This document shows positions 52,822-62,081 of a stretch of 64,000 nt of DNA, piece after piece. A program made the position numbers and the translations under genes. Origin of the DNA: Spirochaetia bacterium (GTDB lineage Bacteria > Spirochaetota > Spirochaetia > CADAEX01); the NCBI GenBank assembly GCA_963662795.1, contig OY759746.1, positions 1,984,001 to 2,048,000 on the forward strand, given 5' to 3'. Positions within the stretch are counted from its first letter, which is position 1. Each line of letters opens with the position of its first letter. The notes beneath the pieces are model-generated. The model saw nothing but the letters and a program-made list of their open reading frames with translations. It made no database searches and was not told the DNA's origin.

Positions 52822-54531
52822 ATGAAGAAAAATTCATTATTTTTAGGTGAAACAAATGATACAGACATTAATCTCATAATTTCAGAAAATGATTATAGAC
52901 CTGCTATCTTAAGCTTAAATAATAAACATTTTCCCAAAATAATTCCACAAGACGATCAAATAATGAAATTATTAAAAGAATCACAGAATAAATATAAGGA
53001 TTCAATACGATTCGTATATAATAATCGTAGATATTCAGCTTTAAATAATCAATTTGATTTTTCTGTAATATACGCAGAAACAATTATTGAAGCAGATATA
53101 AATAATATTGAAGATATACAAATTCAAAGTGTTCGATATTATTTATCTAATTTTAATCGTTATATTTTAGATGGCAATATTAGCAATAAATTTGAGAATA
53201 GTGAATTTACTCGTAAAATATCAATGCCTGAATTTAGTACAAAAATTAATTATAAGAACTTAGAAGTATCTATTTTCAACAAATACTTATTTGATACAGA
53301 AAAGAATGATAGAAAATTTAAGATTGATGAGTATCCAGTAATAGAATATAGAACCAATGATAAATTCGAATTTTATGACATTGTATCATTTTCACATGAT
53401 TTGAGCATGATTTTTACTTATTTGACAGGATATGAATGCTATCCTATGCATATTTGGGTTAGTGATGATAATTCGTATTATAGATCTTTATATAAACCTG
53501 TACCTACAATAAGAGACATTAACATTGTTACTTCTCATGAATTTATTTTCAAATTTAAAGATCTTTGTGAAAAAAATGATTTCTCAAAAATATTTACAAA
53601 TTACTATTCAAATGAGCGATTTATAAAGTTTAAAAAACTTTATTCAAGATTTTATTATTTATACTCTTCTCAAAACGAATGGGAATATGAATTGCTTGGC
53701 TATTTAAGTGTTTTTGAGAAGTCTATTAGTAATATACAAAAGTATAAATATATTGATATAGAAATTAAAAAAAATATAATTGATACGGTAAAAAATAGTT
53801 TATTGACCGAATTTAAAAAAAATAGAAATATTGATTATGAACCCATAGAAAAAAGCGTTTTGAATTATAAAGAAAAATTAACTTACCAAAAGAAGCATTT
53901 TTTAACTTTTAGAGAGAAATATTTAGTTTGGATTGAAAACTTAGATCAAACATTGAATTCTATATTCAGTTTTGATGAAAGAGAGTTTAAAATAATAAAA
54001 AAATTAAGAGATGATATTGCTCATTCAAATTCGATTGATTATTCAGATTATGATATATCTAAAATATTTGAAATAATTGAAAAAATGAAACTAATATTAT
54101 TATATCTAATATACACCGATTTGGGATTCGATCTTAAGAGAATAATTTCGAATTTACATTCAACAATGAATCCTATATTAAGAAAATCCAATATAGATAA
54201 AGTAGCATTAAAACGGGCTAGTGGACGAATTCCATTTATTAAAATAAACAACCATGATTTTAAGTATTTCGCAGAACATAATTTAATGTATCTTGTTGTG
54301 GAAAAGAAAACAGAAAATACAGATATCAATTATTTAATTAATAAATCGTTTACAGAAAACGTTAATAATTCATGGATAAATGATGACGGTAAACAATTTC
54401 ATAATATACGTGACTTTTTGAAGGATTTATATAAACCTAATAATATAGAAATCAACTTTTCTTCTGGTTATGTAGAAACAAAGGATGGTTTGTTAAAAGA
54501 TGTTCATGGATTATGTATTATTGATATTTAA
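52822..54531 (+). CDS. ApeA-like HEPN domain protein
   Basis: Beta-rich N-terminus, 'FTYLTG', HEPN RxxxxH 'LRDDIAH'. Confidence 0.68.
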   Translation: MKKNSLFLGETNDTDINLIISENDYRPAILSLNNKHFPKIIPQDDQIMKLLKESQNKYKDSIRFVYNNRRYSALNNQFDFSVIYAETIIEADINNIEDIQIQSVRYYLSNFNRYILDGNISNKFENSEFTRKISMPEFSTKINYKNLEVSIFNKYLFDTEKNDRKFKIDEYPVIEYRTNDKFEFYDIVSFSHDLSMIFTYLTGYECYPMHIWVSDDNSYYRSLYKPVPTIRDINIVTSHEFIFKFKDLCEKNDFSKIFTNYYSNERFIKFKKLYSRFYYLYSSQNEWEYELLGYLSVFEKSISNIQKYKYIDIEIKKNIIDTVKNSLLTEFKKNRNIDYEPIEKSVLNYKEKLTYQKKHFLTFREKYLVWIENLDQTLNSIFSFDEREFKIIKKLRDDIAHSNSIDYSDYDISKIFEIIEKMKLILLYLIYTDLGFDLKRIISNLHSTMNPILRKSNIDKVALKRASGRIPFIKINNHDFKYFAEHNLMYLVVEKKTENTDINYLINKSFTENVNNSWINDDGKQFHNIRDFLKDLYKPNNIEINFSSGYVETKDGLLKDVHGLCIIDI

Positions 54532-54658
54532 CAAAGCCATGAACAGTGATCGAGTCTTTGGCACAACATCTGCTCACCGCTTCACTCTGAGGTAAATGTA
54601 GCGCCAATTCTTTCGCTTTGCTACAGAAGCGAGTCGGCTCGTTATGGTGACGCTAATT
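54526..54658 (+). repeat. Nested attC, R' mutated (C34)
   Basis: ATTTAAC overlapping stop..CCATGAAC...GTTATGG..GCTAATT. Confidence 0.7.
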
Positions 54659-54686
54659 ATACTGGAATATTTAGAAAAGAGGAAAA

Positions 54687-54940
54687 GTCCGGCCTTGGCG
54701 GTGCCGTGCGGCCTGGACAAGAAGGGGTCGTACTGCATATAACAGCGAATGACCGGTTCCGGCTGTTTCTAAGGAAACAGCCGGAACCCAAATTGCCGAA
54801 ATAATACATGTTAAGAATAATGGAATAGAGTATAAACTTTTGGAGTGAAAAACACCATCGTCAACTTCGGTCATTCGCGAGACGTTATGTGCAATGAGCC
54901 CGACAAGAGGAAGACGCCCGGACCTCCGGCCGACGGGCGA
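54687..54940 (+). repeat. Junction J34 (core D)
   Basis: TAAC(54743)...GTT(54884). Confidence 0.9.
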
Positions 54941-55009
54941 AGAGATGATATTTTTACTATTATTTCAGTATTAAATGTTATAATCATATAAAAAGAGGTA
55001 ATAAATTAT

Positions 55010-56980
55010 ATGGAAACAATAAATATATCACATGCGAAACTTGCTTCAGGAGCAATAGAAGTTTTTAATTTAAATATCATTCTTAAAAAAGTTAACATCT
55101 TTGTAGGCCCTAATAATTCTGGGAAAAGTAGACTTATTAGAGCTTTGATAGACCCTTTAAAATGTAGTTATGAATATAAATATGATGTTCTTGTTGAAAA
55201 TATATATAGCATTGCAGAAGCTTTTAAATCAATTCCACTTTTAAATGATATAGTAAGTGATGATGCTACAAAAGTCTCTGTTAAAGTATTAACGGAATTG
55301 ATTGATATTTTGAAAAATAATCCAGGAATAATAATAAATCAGAATTTTATAGATGATATAAATAAAATAGGAAATACTTTCAATAATATTACTAGAAACT
55401 GTAAAAGAAATAACCTTAGTATTTATGCTGAAATTAAGAAAGTCAATGTTAAAATAGATAAAAGTAAAAATGAAATATTAGGATTTTGCGAAACAAGAAA
55501 AGATAAAGAAATTAAACGTACTATATATTATGTTCCAACTTTGAGAGGATTACGTACAATAGACTTCTTTGATGTTGCAAAAGACAAAATTGAAGAGTCA
55601 TTTATAAAAGCTCAATTAAATAGAGCCTTATCTTTTAACAAAGATTTTTACAAAGGCCGTACGTTAAAAGATTATTGGTCTAATGATAATAAAGAAATTG
55701 TCTCTTTTAAAGATAACTCTTATAATTACTCTGAATTCGAAAAAAGTATTAAAGTAAATATTTTTACAGGATTAAGTCTATATGATGAATTAATGGCTAT
55801 GATGTTAGGTGATTATTCTGAAAGAGAATCTATACAAGAGTGGTGTCAATTCTTAGGCGATAACTATTTTGAACAAAAGATAAATATAACTCCAAATCTT
55901 AAAGAACAAGTAGTAAAAATAAAGCTTGGAGATGAACCAGAAAGAAGTATTCATGATCTTGGTGATGGCTTACAATCTATTATAATAATAACTTTTCTTA
56001 TGTTTAAATGTAAAAATCAAAATACGCTAATAGCAATTGAAGAACCGGAGCTATATCTCCATCCCGGTATGCAAAGAATTCTAATAGAAAATATGTTAAA
56101 TGTTGAGTTCAATAAGATACAATATCTAATAACTACGCATTCCAATCATTTTTTAGATGTTTTTTATGAAAATAAAGATGTAGTCAATATTTACAATTGT
56201 TATAGAAAAAATAGTAAAATAGAATTAGATAATATTTTGAATACTAAAAAAGGAGAGATTCTAACTAATATAGGTGTAAAACCCTCATCAATATTCTTAA
56301 GTAATGCAATCATAATGGTGGAGGGGATTTCAGATATAATATATTTTCGAAAATTCTTGGATTTATATATGAGTAATGGTGGCCAAAAGAGATTTATAGA
56401 AGATAAACATTATACATTTGTAGAGAGTTCTGGCAACAATATTGTACATTGGGATTTCATTGGTGGAGAGATTAAAGCTGAAACAGTTTTTAAAAATATA
56501 TTTGTAATTGCTGATAGTGACGGTATAAATATAGATGAAATAAGTAAAAAAGATGATGAAACACTTACTCTTAAGGAAAAAAGGATTAAAAAGATAAAAG
56601 AGCTAGAACATAGTTATGTTTTATATTGCAGAGAAATAGAAAATTTATTACCGTGGTCTGCAATAAAAAATTATATTGTTGAAAAAGAATCCTTTTATGG
56701 TGGTATAAAACGTGAAATCAATAAAGACTTAATAGATGATATTGCTAATATGGAAAATGTTCCTCTTGGTGATGCGATACAAACTAGTTTAGAAAAACTA
56801 AAAAGCAATTTAGAAAATAAAAAAGTCTATATTTACAAAACTGATAACGGAACAATTGTAAATAAACTTGAATTTTCTAAAGGTATTATTATGCATTTAG
56901 ATAATTTTGAACAACTAACGGTTGAAGCCCAAAAAGTAACTAAGGAAATTTATAGATTTATAAGTGAAGTTAATAAATAA
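55010..56980 (+). CDS. OLD-family ATP-dependent nuclease (ABC ATPase + TOPRIM), stand-alone
   Basis: GPNNSGKS, LGDG, IEEPELYLHP, TTHS, VEGISD, DSDG. Confidence 0.8.
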   Translation: METINISHAKLASGAIEVFNLNIILKKVNIFVGPNNSGKSRLIRALIDPLKCSYEYKYDVLVENIYSIAEAFKSIPLLNDIVSDDATKVSVKVLTELIDILKNNPGIIINQNFIDDINKIGNTFNNITRNCKRNNLSIYAEIKKVNVKIDKSKNEILGFCETRKDKEIKRTIYYVPTLRGLRTIDFFDVAKDKIEESFIKAQLNRALSFNKDFYKGRTLKDYWSNDNKEIVSFKDNSYNYSEFEKSIKVNIFTGLSLYDELMAMMLGDYSERESIQEWCQFLGDNYFEQKINITPNLKEQVVKIKLGDEPERSIHDLGDGLQSIIIITFLMFKCKNQNTLIAIEEPELYLHPGMQRILIENMLNVEFNKIQYLITTHSNHFLDVFYENKDVVNIYNCYRKNSKIELDNILNTKKGEILTNIGVKPSSIFLSNAIIMVEGISDIIYFRKFLDLYMSNGGQKRFIEDKHYTFVESSGNNIVHWDFIGGEIKAETVFKNIFVIADSDGINIDEISKKDDETLTLKEKRIKKIKELEHSYVLYCREIENLLPWSAIKNYIVEKESFYGGIKREINKDLIDDIANMENVPLGDAIQTSLEKLKSNLENKKVYIYKTDNGTIVNKLEFSKGIIMHLDNFEQLTVEAQKVTKEIYRFISEVNK

Positions 56981-56994
56981 ATATAAATGAAGAA

Positions 56995-57237
56995 TCCAGA
57001 CCTAACTCCGTTGAACGGTCTGGATGTCGGGCTCACAGCACATAACAGCGAATGACCGGTTCCGGCTGTTTCTAAGGAAGCAGCCTCCACCCAAATTGCC
57101 GAAATAATACATGTTAAGAATAATGGAATAGAGTATAAACTTTTTAAAGTGAAAGACACCATCGGCAACTTCGGTCATTCGCGGGACGTTATACGAAAGA
57201 CCGCGCCAAGAGAAATGCTCGCCATCCATGGCGAGCA
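56995..57237 (+). repeat. Junction J35 (core D)
   Basis: Variant hairpins; TAAC(57046)...GTT(57188). Confidence 0.88.
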
Positions 57238-57251
57238 AGAAAGGAGGAGTT

Positions 57252-58259
57252 GTGAACAACCCAATACCAGATAAACTATTAAAAAATATTCAATATTGTA
57301 TTTCACTAAGACCGGTAATTGTATTAGGAAGTGGTTCGTCCTGTCAATATTGCATTCCTGGTATGAAGGAATTGACTGATTACCTTATAAGTGAAATAAA
57401 ACCTAAAAAAGATGATGAAAAAGTATGGCAATCATTTAAAGAATTGATAAGTATTAATAATGATTTAGAAAAAACATTACATAATATTTCATTACCAGAA
57501 GGTTTAGAAAAACAAATTGTTATAAAAACTCATCAATTATTATTAAAAGCAGATAATCAAGTTTTGAATAAAATTATTAATGAAGAAATAAAATTACCTT
57601 TATCAAGATTATTGAAATATTTAAATGCAACCGCAAACCCTGAAATAAAAATTATAACAACAAATTATGATAGAATAGCAGAATATGCAATCGATGCAGC
57701 GTATATAAATGGGTATTATGGCTTTGCTGGCTCATATTTAAAATACTTCAATGGTTTTGAGAATAAGAATTATATTAATTGTATTTTACTCTTAAAAGTT
57801 CACGGATCATTGGATTGGTTTGTAGATAAGAATAGCAATATTCTATCTATTCCAGATTCAATTGTCAAAAATAATGATTACATACCTTTAATTGTTACTC
57901 CAGGTATTAAAAAATATGAACATACACATAATGAACCTTTTAGAACAATTATAACAAAAGCTGATGAAGCATTTAAAAATGCAAATTCTATAATATGCAT
58001 TGGGTACGGATTTAATGATATTCATATACAACCAAAATTATTAGATAAAATTAAAAAAAGTAAAATACCAATATTAATAATAACAAAAGAATTAACAGAG
58101 AACACAATTAAATTTATTAAATCGTCTGAACATGAAAATATAATTGCTATAAGCAAGAGTAAAAATGGCTCAATAATTCATCAATCTAGTATCGAAAAAC
58201 ATATTGAAGTTAAAGAGGAAGTATGGCAATTAGCGGAATTGATAAAATACATAATATAG
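57252..58259 (+). CDS. SIR2-like NADase (Sir2-HerA system)
   Basis: 'LGSGSS', 'TTNYD', 'KVHGS', 'IGYGFND.HI'; GTG start after AGGAGG. Confidence 0.88.
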   Translation: MNNPIPDKLLKNIQYCISLRPVIVLGSGSSCQYCIPGMKELTDYLISEIKPKKDDEKVWQSFKELISINNDLEKTLHNISLPEGLEKQIVIKTHQLLLKADNQVLNKIINEEIKLPLSRLLKYLNATANPEIKIITTNYDRIAEYAIDAAYINGYYGFAGSYLKYFNGFENKNYINCILLLKVHGSLDWFVDKNSNILSIPDSIVKNNDYIPLIVTPGIKKYEHTHNEPFRTIITKADEAFKNANSIICIGYGFNDIHIQPKLLDKIKKSKIPILIITKELTENTIKFIKSSEHENIIAISKSKNGSIIHQSSIEKHIEVKEEVWQLAELIKYII

Positions 58260-58268
58260 GAGAAAAAA

Positions 58269-60014
58269 ATGTCATTATTTAATTACAAAGATGCTGACGC
58301 GCTAGGTAAAGTTATTGCTGTTGATACTGCAAGTGTTACTGTTTCTGTAGAAAATATTGAACTATTGCGGAAAATGCAGGTTAACAGATTAGTTGCATTA
58401 CGAAGTTGTAGAGCTGGACAACATTTAATAGGAATTGTGCAAAAAATTATTCGTAGTATGATTAATATTCCAGAAAATGAAAATGAAGAAGAAGTAAATC
58501 AAATCAATGAGAATAATATTGTTAGAATAACATTAATTGGCACTTTCTTCGATAAGCTTTTATCTAAAGAAAATATATTTCGTAGAACTTTAGAAACAGT
58601 GCCAGAAATCGATTCGCCATGTTTTTCAATAGAAGGAAAATTGTTAACTGAATTTATGAAAGCAATATCCTATCAAACAGGATCTCAAGATCAATCATTG
58701 AGTTTAGGTGTTTATACAATGGATGATGATGCCATAGCGTATCTTGATGCTAATAGATTTTTTCAACGACATGCTGTAATTGTTGGAAGTACTGGTTCTG
58801 GTAAATCCTGGACAACTGCACGATTATTGGAACAAGTCTCAGAATTATCTAATTCTAATGCAATACTATTTGATATCCATGGAGAGTATAAAACAATTAA
58901 AGGTGATGGTATAAAACATTTAGGTATAGCTGGCCCAAATGATGTTATCAAAGGGAAAGGATTAAAGGATGGTGTACTTTATTTTCCTTATTGGTTACTA
59001 GGTTATGAAGATATGACTTGTATGCTTGTAGATAGAAGTGATCAAAATGCTCCTAATCAATCTATGGTTTTATCAAGAACAGTTACACAGTCTAAAAAGA
59101 CTTTTCTAGAAAAAAATAATGAAACTGATATACTAACTAATTTTACAATCGACAGTCCGGTTCCATATCTTCTGGAGGATGTATTAGTAGAATTAAATCG
59201 ATTAGATAAAGAAATGGTTCCTGGAGCAAGAGCAGGAGTAGATAAACAGGGTGATTTTCATGGGAAATTAAGTAGATTTATTGCAAGACTTGAAAATAAA
59301 AAAAGTGATCGTAGATTATCATTTATGATGTCTCCACCTAAAGATGTAAATACAATGAATTGGTTAAATGACTTAGGTAATTCTTTATTAGCAGGAAGAG
59401 ATAATCAACCTGAAAAAAAAGGAGGTGTTAAAATAATAGATTTTTCTGAAGTTCCTTCTGATATATTACCATTGGTTGTTGGTAGAATAGCAAGTTTTAT
59501 TTTTTCAGTTCAGCAGTGGACACAGAAAATAAATAGACATCCAGTAGCACTTATTTGTGATGAAGCACATTTGTATATTCCTGAGAGAGTAGGAGTATCA
59601 GGTCTTGCTGATTCCTCTCTTCGATATTTTGAAAGAATTGCAAAGGAAGGAAGAAAATATGGTGTTGGACTGGTTGTTATAAGTCAGCGACCTTCCGAGG
59701 TTAACAAAACAGTATTAAGCCAATGTAATAATTTTGTTGCACTAAGACTTTCAAACGCTGAAGATCAAAATGTTATAAAAAGGTTACTACCCGATAACTT
59801 AGGAGGATTTGCCGATTTATTACCAATATTAGATACTGGAGAAGCTCTTGTTGTTGGTGATTCTAGTTTGTTACCAAGCAGGATAAGAATTTCTGAGCCA
59901 AAGAATAGGCCGGATAGTGGTACAATTGATTTTTGGGATGAATGGAAAAAAAATAATAAAAAGAATATAATATCAGAAGCAATAAAAGCTTGGAGAAAAC
60001 AAAGTATTTTGTAA
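58269..60014 (+). CDS. herA: HerA/FtsK-like ATPase
   Basis: 'RHAVIVGSTGSGKS', 'DIHGEY', 'DEAH', 'KEGRKYG..SQRP'. Confidence 0.9.
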   Translation: MSLFNYKDADALGKVIAVDTASVTVSVENIELLRKMQVNRLVALRSCRAGQHLIGIVQKIIRSMINIPENENEEEVNQINENNIVRITLIGTFFDKLLSKENIFRRTLETVPEIDSPCFSIEGKLLTEFMKAISYQTGSQDQSLSLGVYTMDDDAIAYLDANRFFQRHAVIVGSTGSGKSWTTARLLEQVSELSNSNAILFDIHGEYKTIKGDGIKHLGIAGPNDVIKGKGLKDGVLYFPYWLLGYEDMTCMLVDRSDQNAPNQSMVLSRTVTQSKKTFLEKNNETDILTNFTIDSPVPYLLEDVLVELNRLDKEMVPGARAGVDKQGDFHGKLSRFIARLENKKSDRRLSFMMSPPKDVNTMNWLNDLGNSLLAGRDNQPEKKGGVKIIDFSEVPSDILPLVVGRIASFIFSVQQWTQKINRHPVALICDEAHLYIPERVGVSGLADSSLRYFERIAKEGRKYGVGLVVISQRPSEVNKTVLSQCNNFVALRLSNAEDQNVIKRLLPDNLGGFADLLPILDTGEALVVGDSSLLPSRIRISEPKNRPDSGTIDFWDEWKKNNKKNIISEAIKAWRKQSIL

Positions 60015-60278
60015 TTAAGCTACGCCATCCATGGCGTAGCTTAAAGGCGCGGTCCTTCGTATAACAGAGGATAATTCGCTGCGCTCGGAGTACCTCGCTT
60101 GGCCTTCGGCATATTTTGCTATCATCAAACTTGAATAGTAAAAGTAAACCCCTTTTCAAAGTATATAAAGTAGACATAAATGTTTTAGAGTTTGAACCGC
60201 AAAACATCGCTTATCCTCGGGACGTTATCCACAATGCCCCCACAAGAGAAATCGCCCGGACCTCCGGCCGACGGGCGA
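60015..60278 (+). repeat. Junction J36 (core B)
   Basis: Variant 3' hairpin TTAAGCTACGCC..GGCGTAGCTTAA; TAAC(60065)...GTT(60224). Confidence 0.88.
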
Positions 60279-60321
60279 GGATAGTAAAAGTAGAATATTT
60301 TACAATAAAAGAGGTTTATTG

Positions 60322-61641
60322 ATGAAAATATCTGAGGTTCTCAGTGAAACCAAATACATTATGTATTTTTTTGAATGCATTAAACTGACATATAAACCAA
60401 AAAAGTTAATATCTTTTGCGGAAAAACAATCTACATCAAATTTATTATTATTTATAGTTTCAGCATATTATTCATTAATTTTTATTATTTTTAATAATGA
60501 TTATTCATTTGAGAAACAAATTAGGTTATCATTTAATTCATTGTTTTTATCATTAATATTTTTACCAAGTGTAATAGCTTCAATTTCGTTTAGAAAAAAA
60601 ACTTTAAGATCAAGAGTAAAAACTGCATTTTATATATCAATAAATTTTATTGTCTTTTATTTATCAATACCCATTACTTTATATATAATATTTATTAAAA
60701 CCGAAAAATATTTTTATTATTATTCATTTTGGATTGGATATTTTATAATTTGGATTTTTTGTATTGTAATTTTTCCAATACTAATAAATACCAGTTACAA
60801 TAGAATATTTAGTACGTTACTTTCTATATTTCTTATAGTGATAATGAATATTACGATAAACCTGATTATTAGTAATGGTGATAATAATATTTTAGAAGAA
60901 TTTGATCCGATAATTTATGAAAATAATAGTAAAAGAGTAATGGAAAATGCTCATATTGATTTTTTATCTGAAAATGGACAAATTATAGTGAGTAGTTTTA
61001 ATAATTATCTTGATACTATGAAATATTATTATCTTGAAAATATAATGATAGAAGAAAAAACAATGGATTTGATAATTAGTAATTTACAAGATATAGAAAG
61101 TAAAATAACGTTTAAAACAAATCAAGAAATAATAAAAACAAGTAAAGAAAAAGCCTTATTGCTAAAAAAAATTATTGTGCAAACAACTCGAATAAAAAAA
61201 ATATCTGATGAATTACCTGAAGGATTAAAAAGAAGTATAGCTTTTAATGAAGAAGCAAATACGATACTTGTAAAAAATAAAGAACTTATTAAAGAAGAAT
61301 TAAGAAAAATACAAGATATAGAAAATAGGATAAAAAATAATTCGAATGAAATAACAAATAAAGAAGCAATTAAAATAAAAGAAGAAATCAAACGAATGAG
61401 TATAAAATCAAAAGAATTAGATGAAGAAATAGAAAAAATTACTGAACTACTAGAAAAATCACAGACTGAAATGGAAAACACAAAAGCCTATATTGATTAT
61501 CTTCAAAAGGTTAATAGTGTTGGAAAAGAAGTAAATATAATAATAAATGATTATAATATTGTTACTCAGAATAGTATTAAAGCAGTTGAAAGAATTAATG
61601 CAATATATAAGATGAAAATATTTTTATGGATGTTTCCATAA
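60322..61641 (+). CDS. Membrane/coiled-coil protein (duplicate of C1 with 18-bp in-frame deletion)
   Basis: Near-identical to 483..1820. Confidence 0.8.
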   Translation: MKISEVLSETKYIMYFFECIKLTYKPKKLISFAEKQSTSNLLLFIVSAYYSLIFIIFNNDYSFEKQIRLSFNSLFLSLIFLPSVIASISFRKKTLRSRVKTAFYISINFIVFYLSIPITLYIIFIKTEKYFYYYSFWIGYFIIWIFCIVIFPILINTSYNRIFSTLLSIFLIVIMNITINLIISNGDNNILEEFDPIIYENNSKRVMENAHIDFLSENGQIIVSSFNNYLDTMKYYYLENIMIEEKTMDLIISNLQDIESKITFKTNQEIIKTSKEKALLLKKIIVQTTRIKKISDELPEGLKRSIAFNEEANTILVKNKELIKEELRKIQDIENRIKNNSNEITNKEAIKIKEEIKRMSIKSKELDEEIEKITELLEKSQTEMENTKAYIDYLQKVNSVGKEVNIIINDYNIVTQNSIKAVERINAIYKMKIFLWMFP

Positions 61642-61709
61642 TACTTACTATGAAATATTGTATAAATAGGGCATGTACAGGTAGAGTTATTGCTTGACAC
61701 TTGAAAGAA

Positions 61710-61979
61710 GTCCGGCCTTGGCTCCGCCGTACGGCCTGGACAAGAAGTGGGGGCACTGGTGGATAACAGCGGTTAAAGCGCTGCGCTCGCAAGCTCGCTT
61801 GGGCTCCTGCCAGTTGTGCTGGCAGTTCGCCAAACATCGCAGCTTGAAATAAAAGTAAAAGAACTAAACAGCTTGTGGAATAATGTAATCATAAATTGCG
61901 ATGCTTCGCTTAACCGCGGGACGTTATGCTCAATACCAGCCGCAAGAGGAAATCGCCCGGACCTCCGGCCGACGGGCGA
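61710..61979 (+). repeat. Junction J37 (core A)
   Basis: TAAC(61767)...GTT(61923); core matches J1. Confidence 0.9.
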
Positions 61980-62054
61980 AGAAAACAGGATCTGCTGTAT
62001 AATATACTTTATACATAAAAATATACAGTTTTCTAGTTATTAAATATGTTTGAT
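61979..62054 (+). other. Conserved leader with attI-like site (C38)
   Basis: CTGTATAAT..ATATACAGTTTTCTAGTTATTAAATAT-G|TTTGAT; partner ATCTAAT at 63812. Confidence 0.7.
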
Positions 62055-62081
62055 TGACCCTATGGGCCAAAAGGAGAAAAT

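Noticed and set aside
55010-56980. Second Gabija or PARIS call
   Set aside because: No helicase or partner gene in the cassette; only a fused ATPase-TOPRIM is supported.
1301-61481. Antisense ORFs within real genes (e.g. 1301, 13423, 36263, 39906, 61122)
   Set aside because: Shadow ORFs of AT-rich coding strands with no motifs.
1756-62043. Many 60-130 aa ORFs overlapping junctions (e.g. 1756, 1952, 14477, 31637, 34247, 54671)
   Set aside because: They are translations of the GC-rich repeat, which has few stop codons; frames and ends vary between copies.
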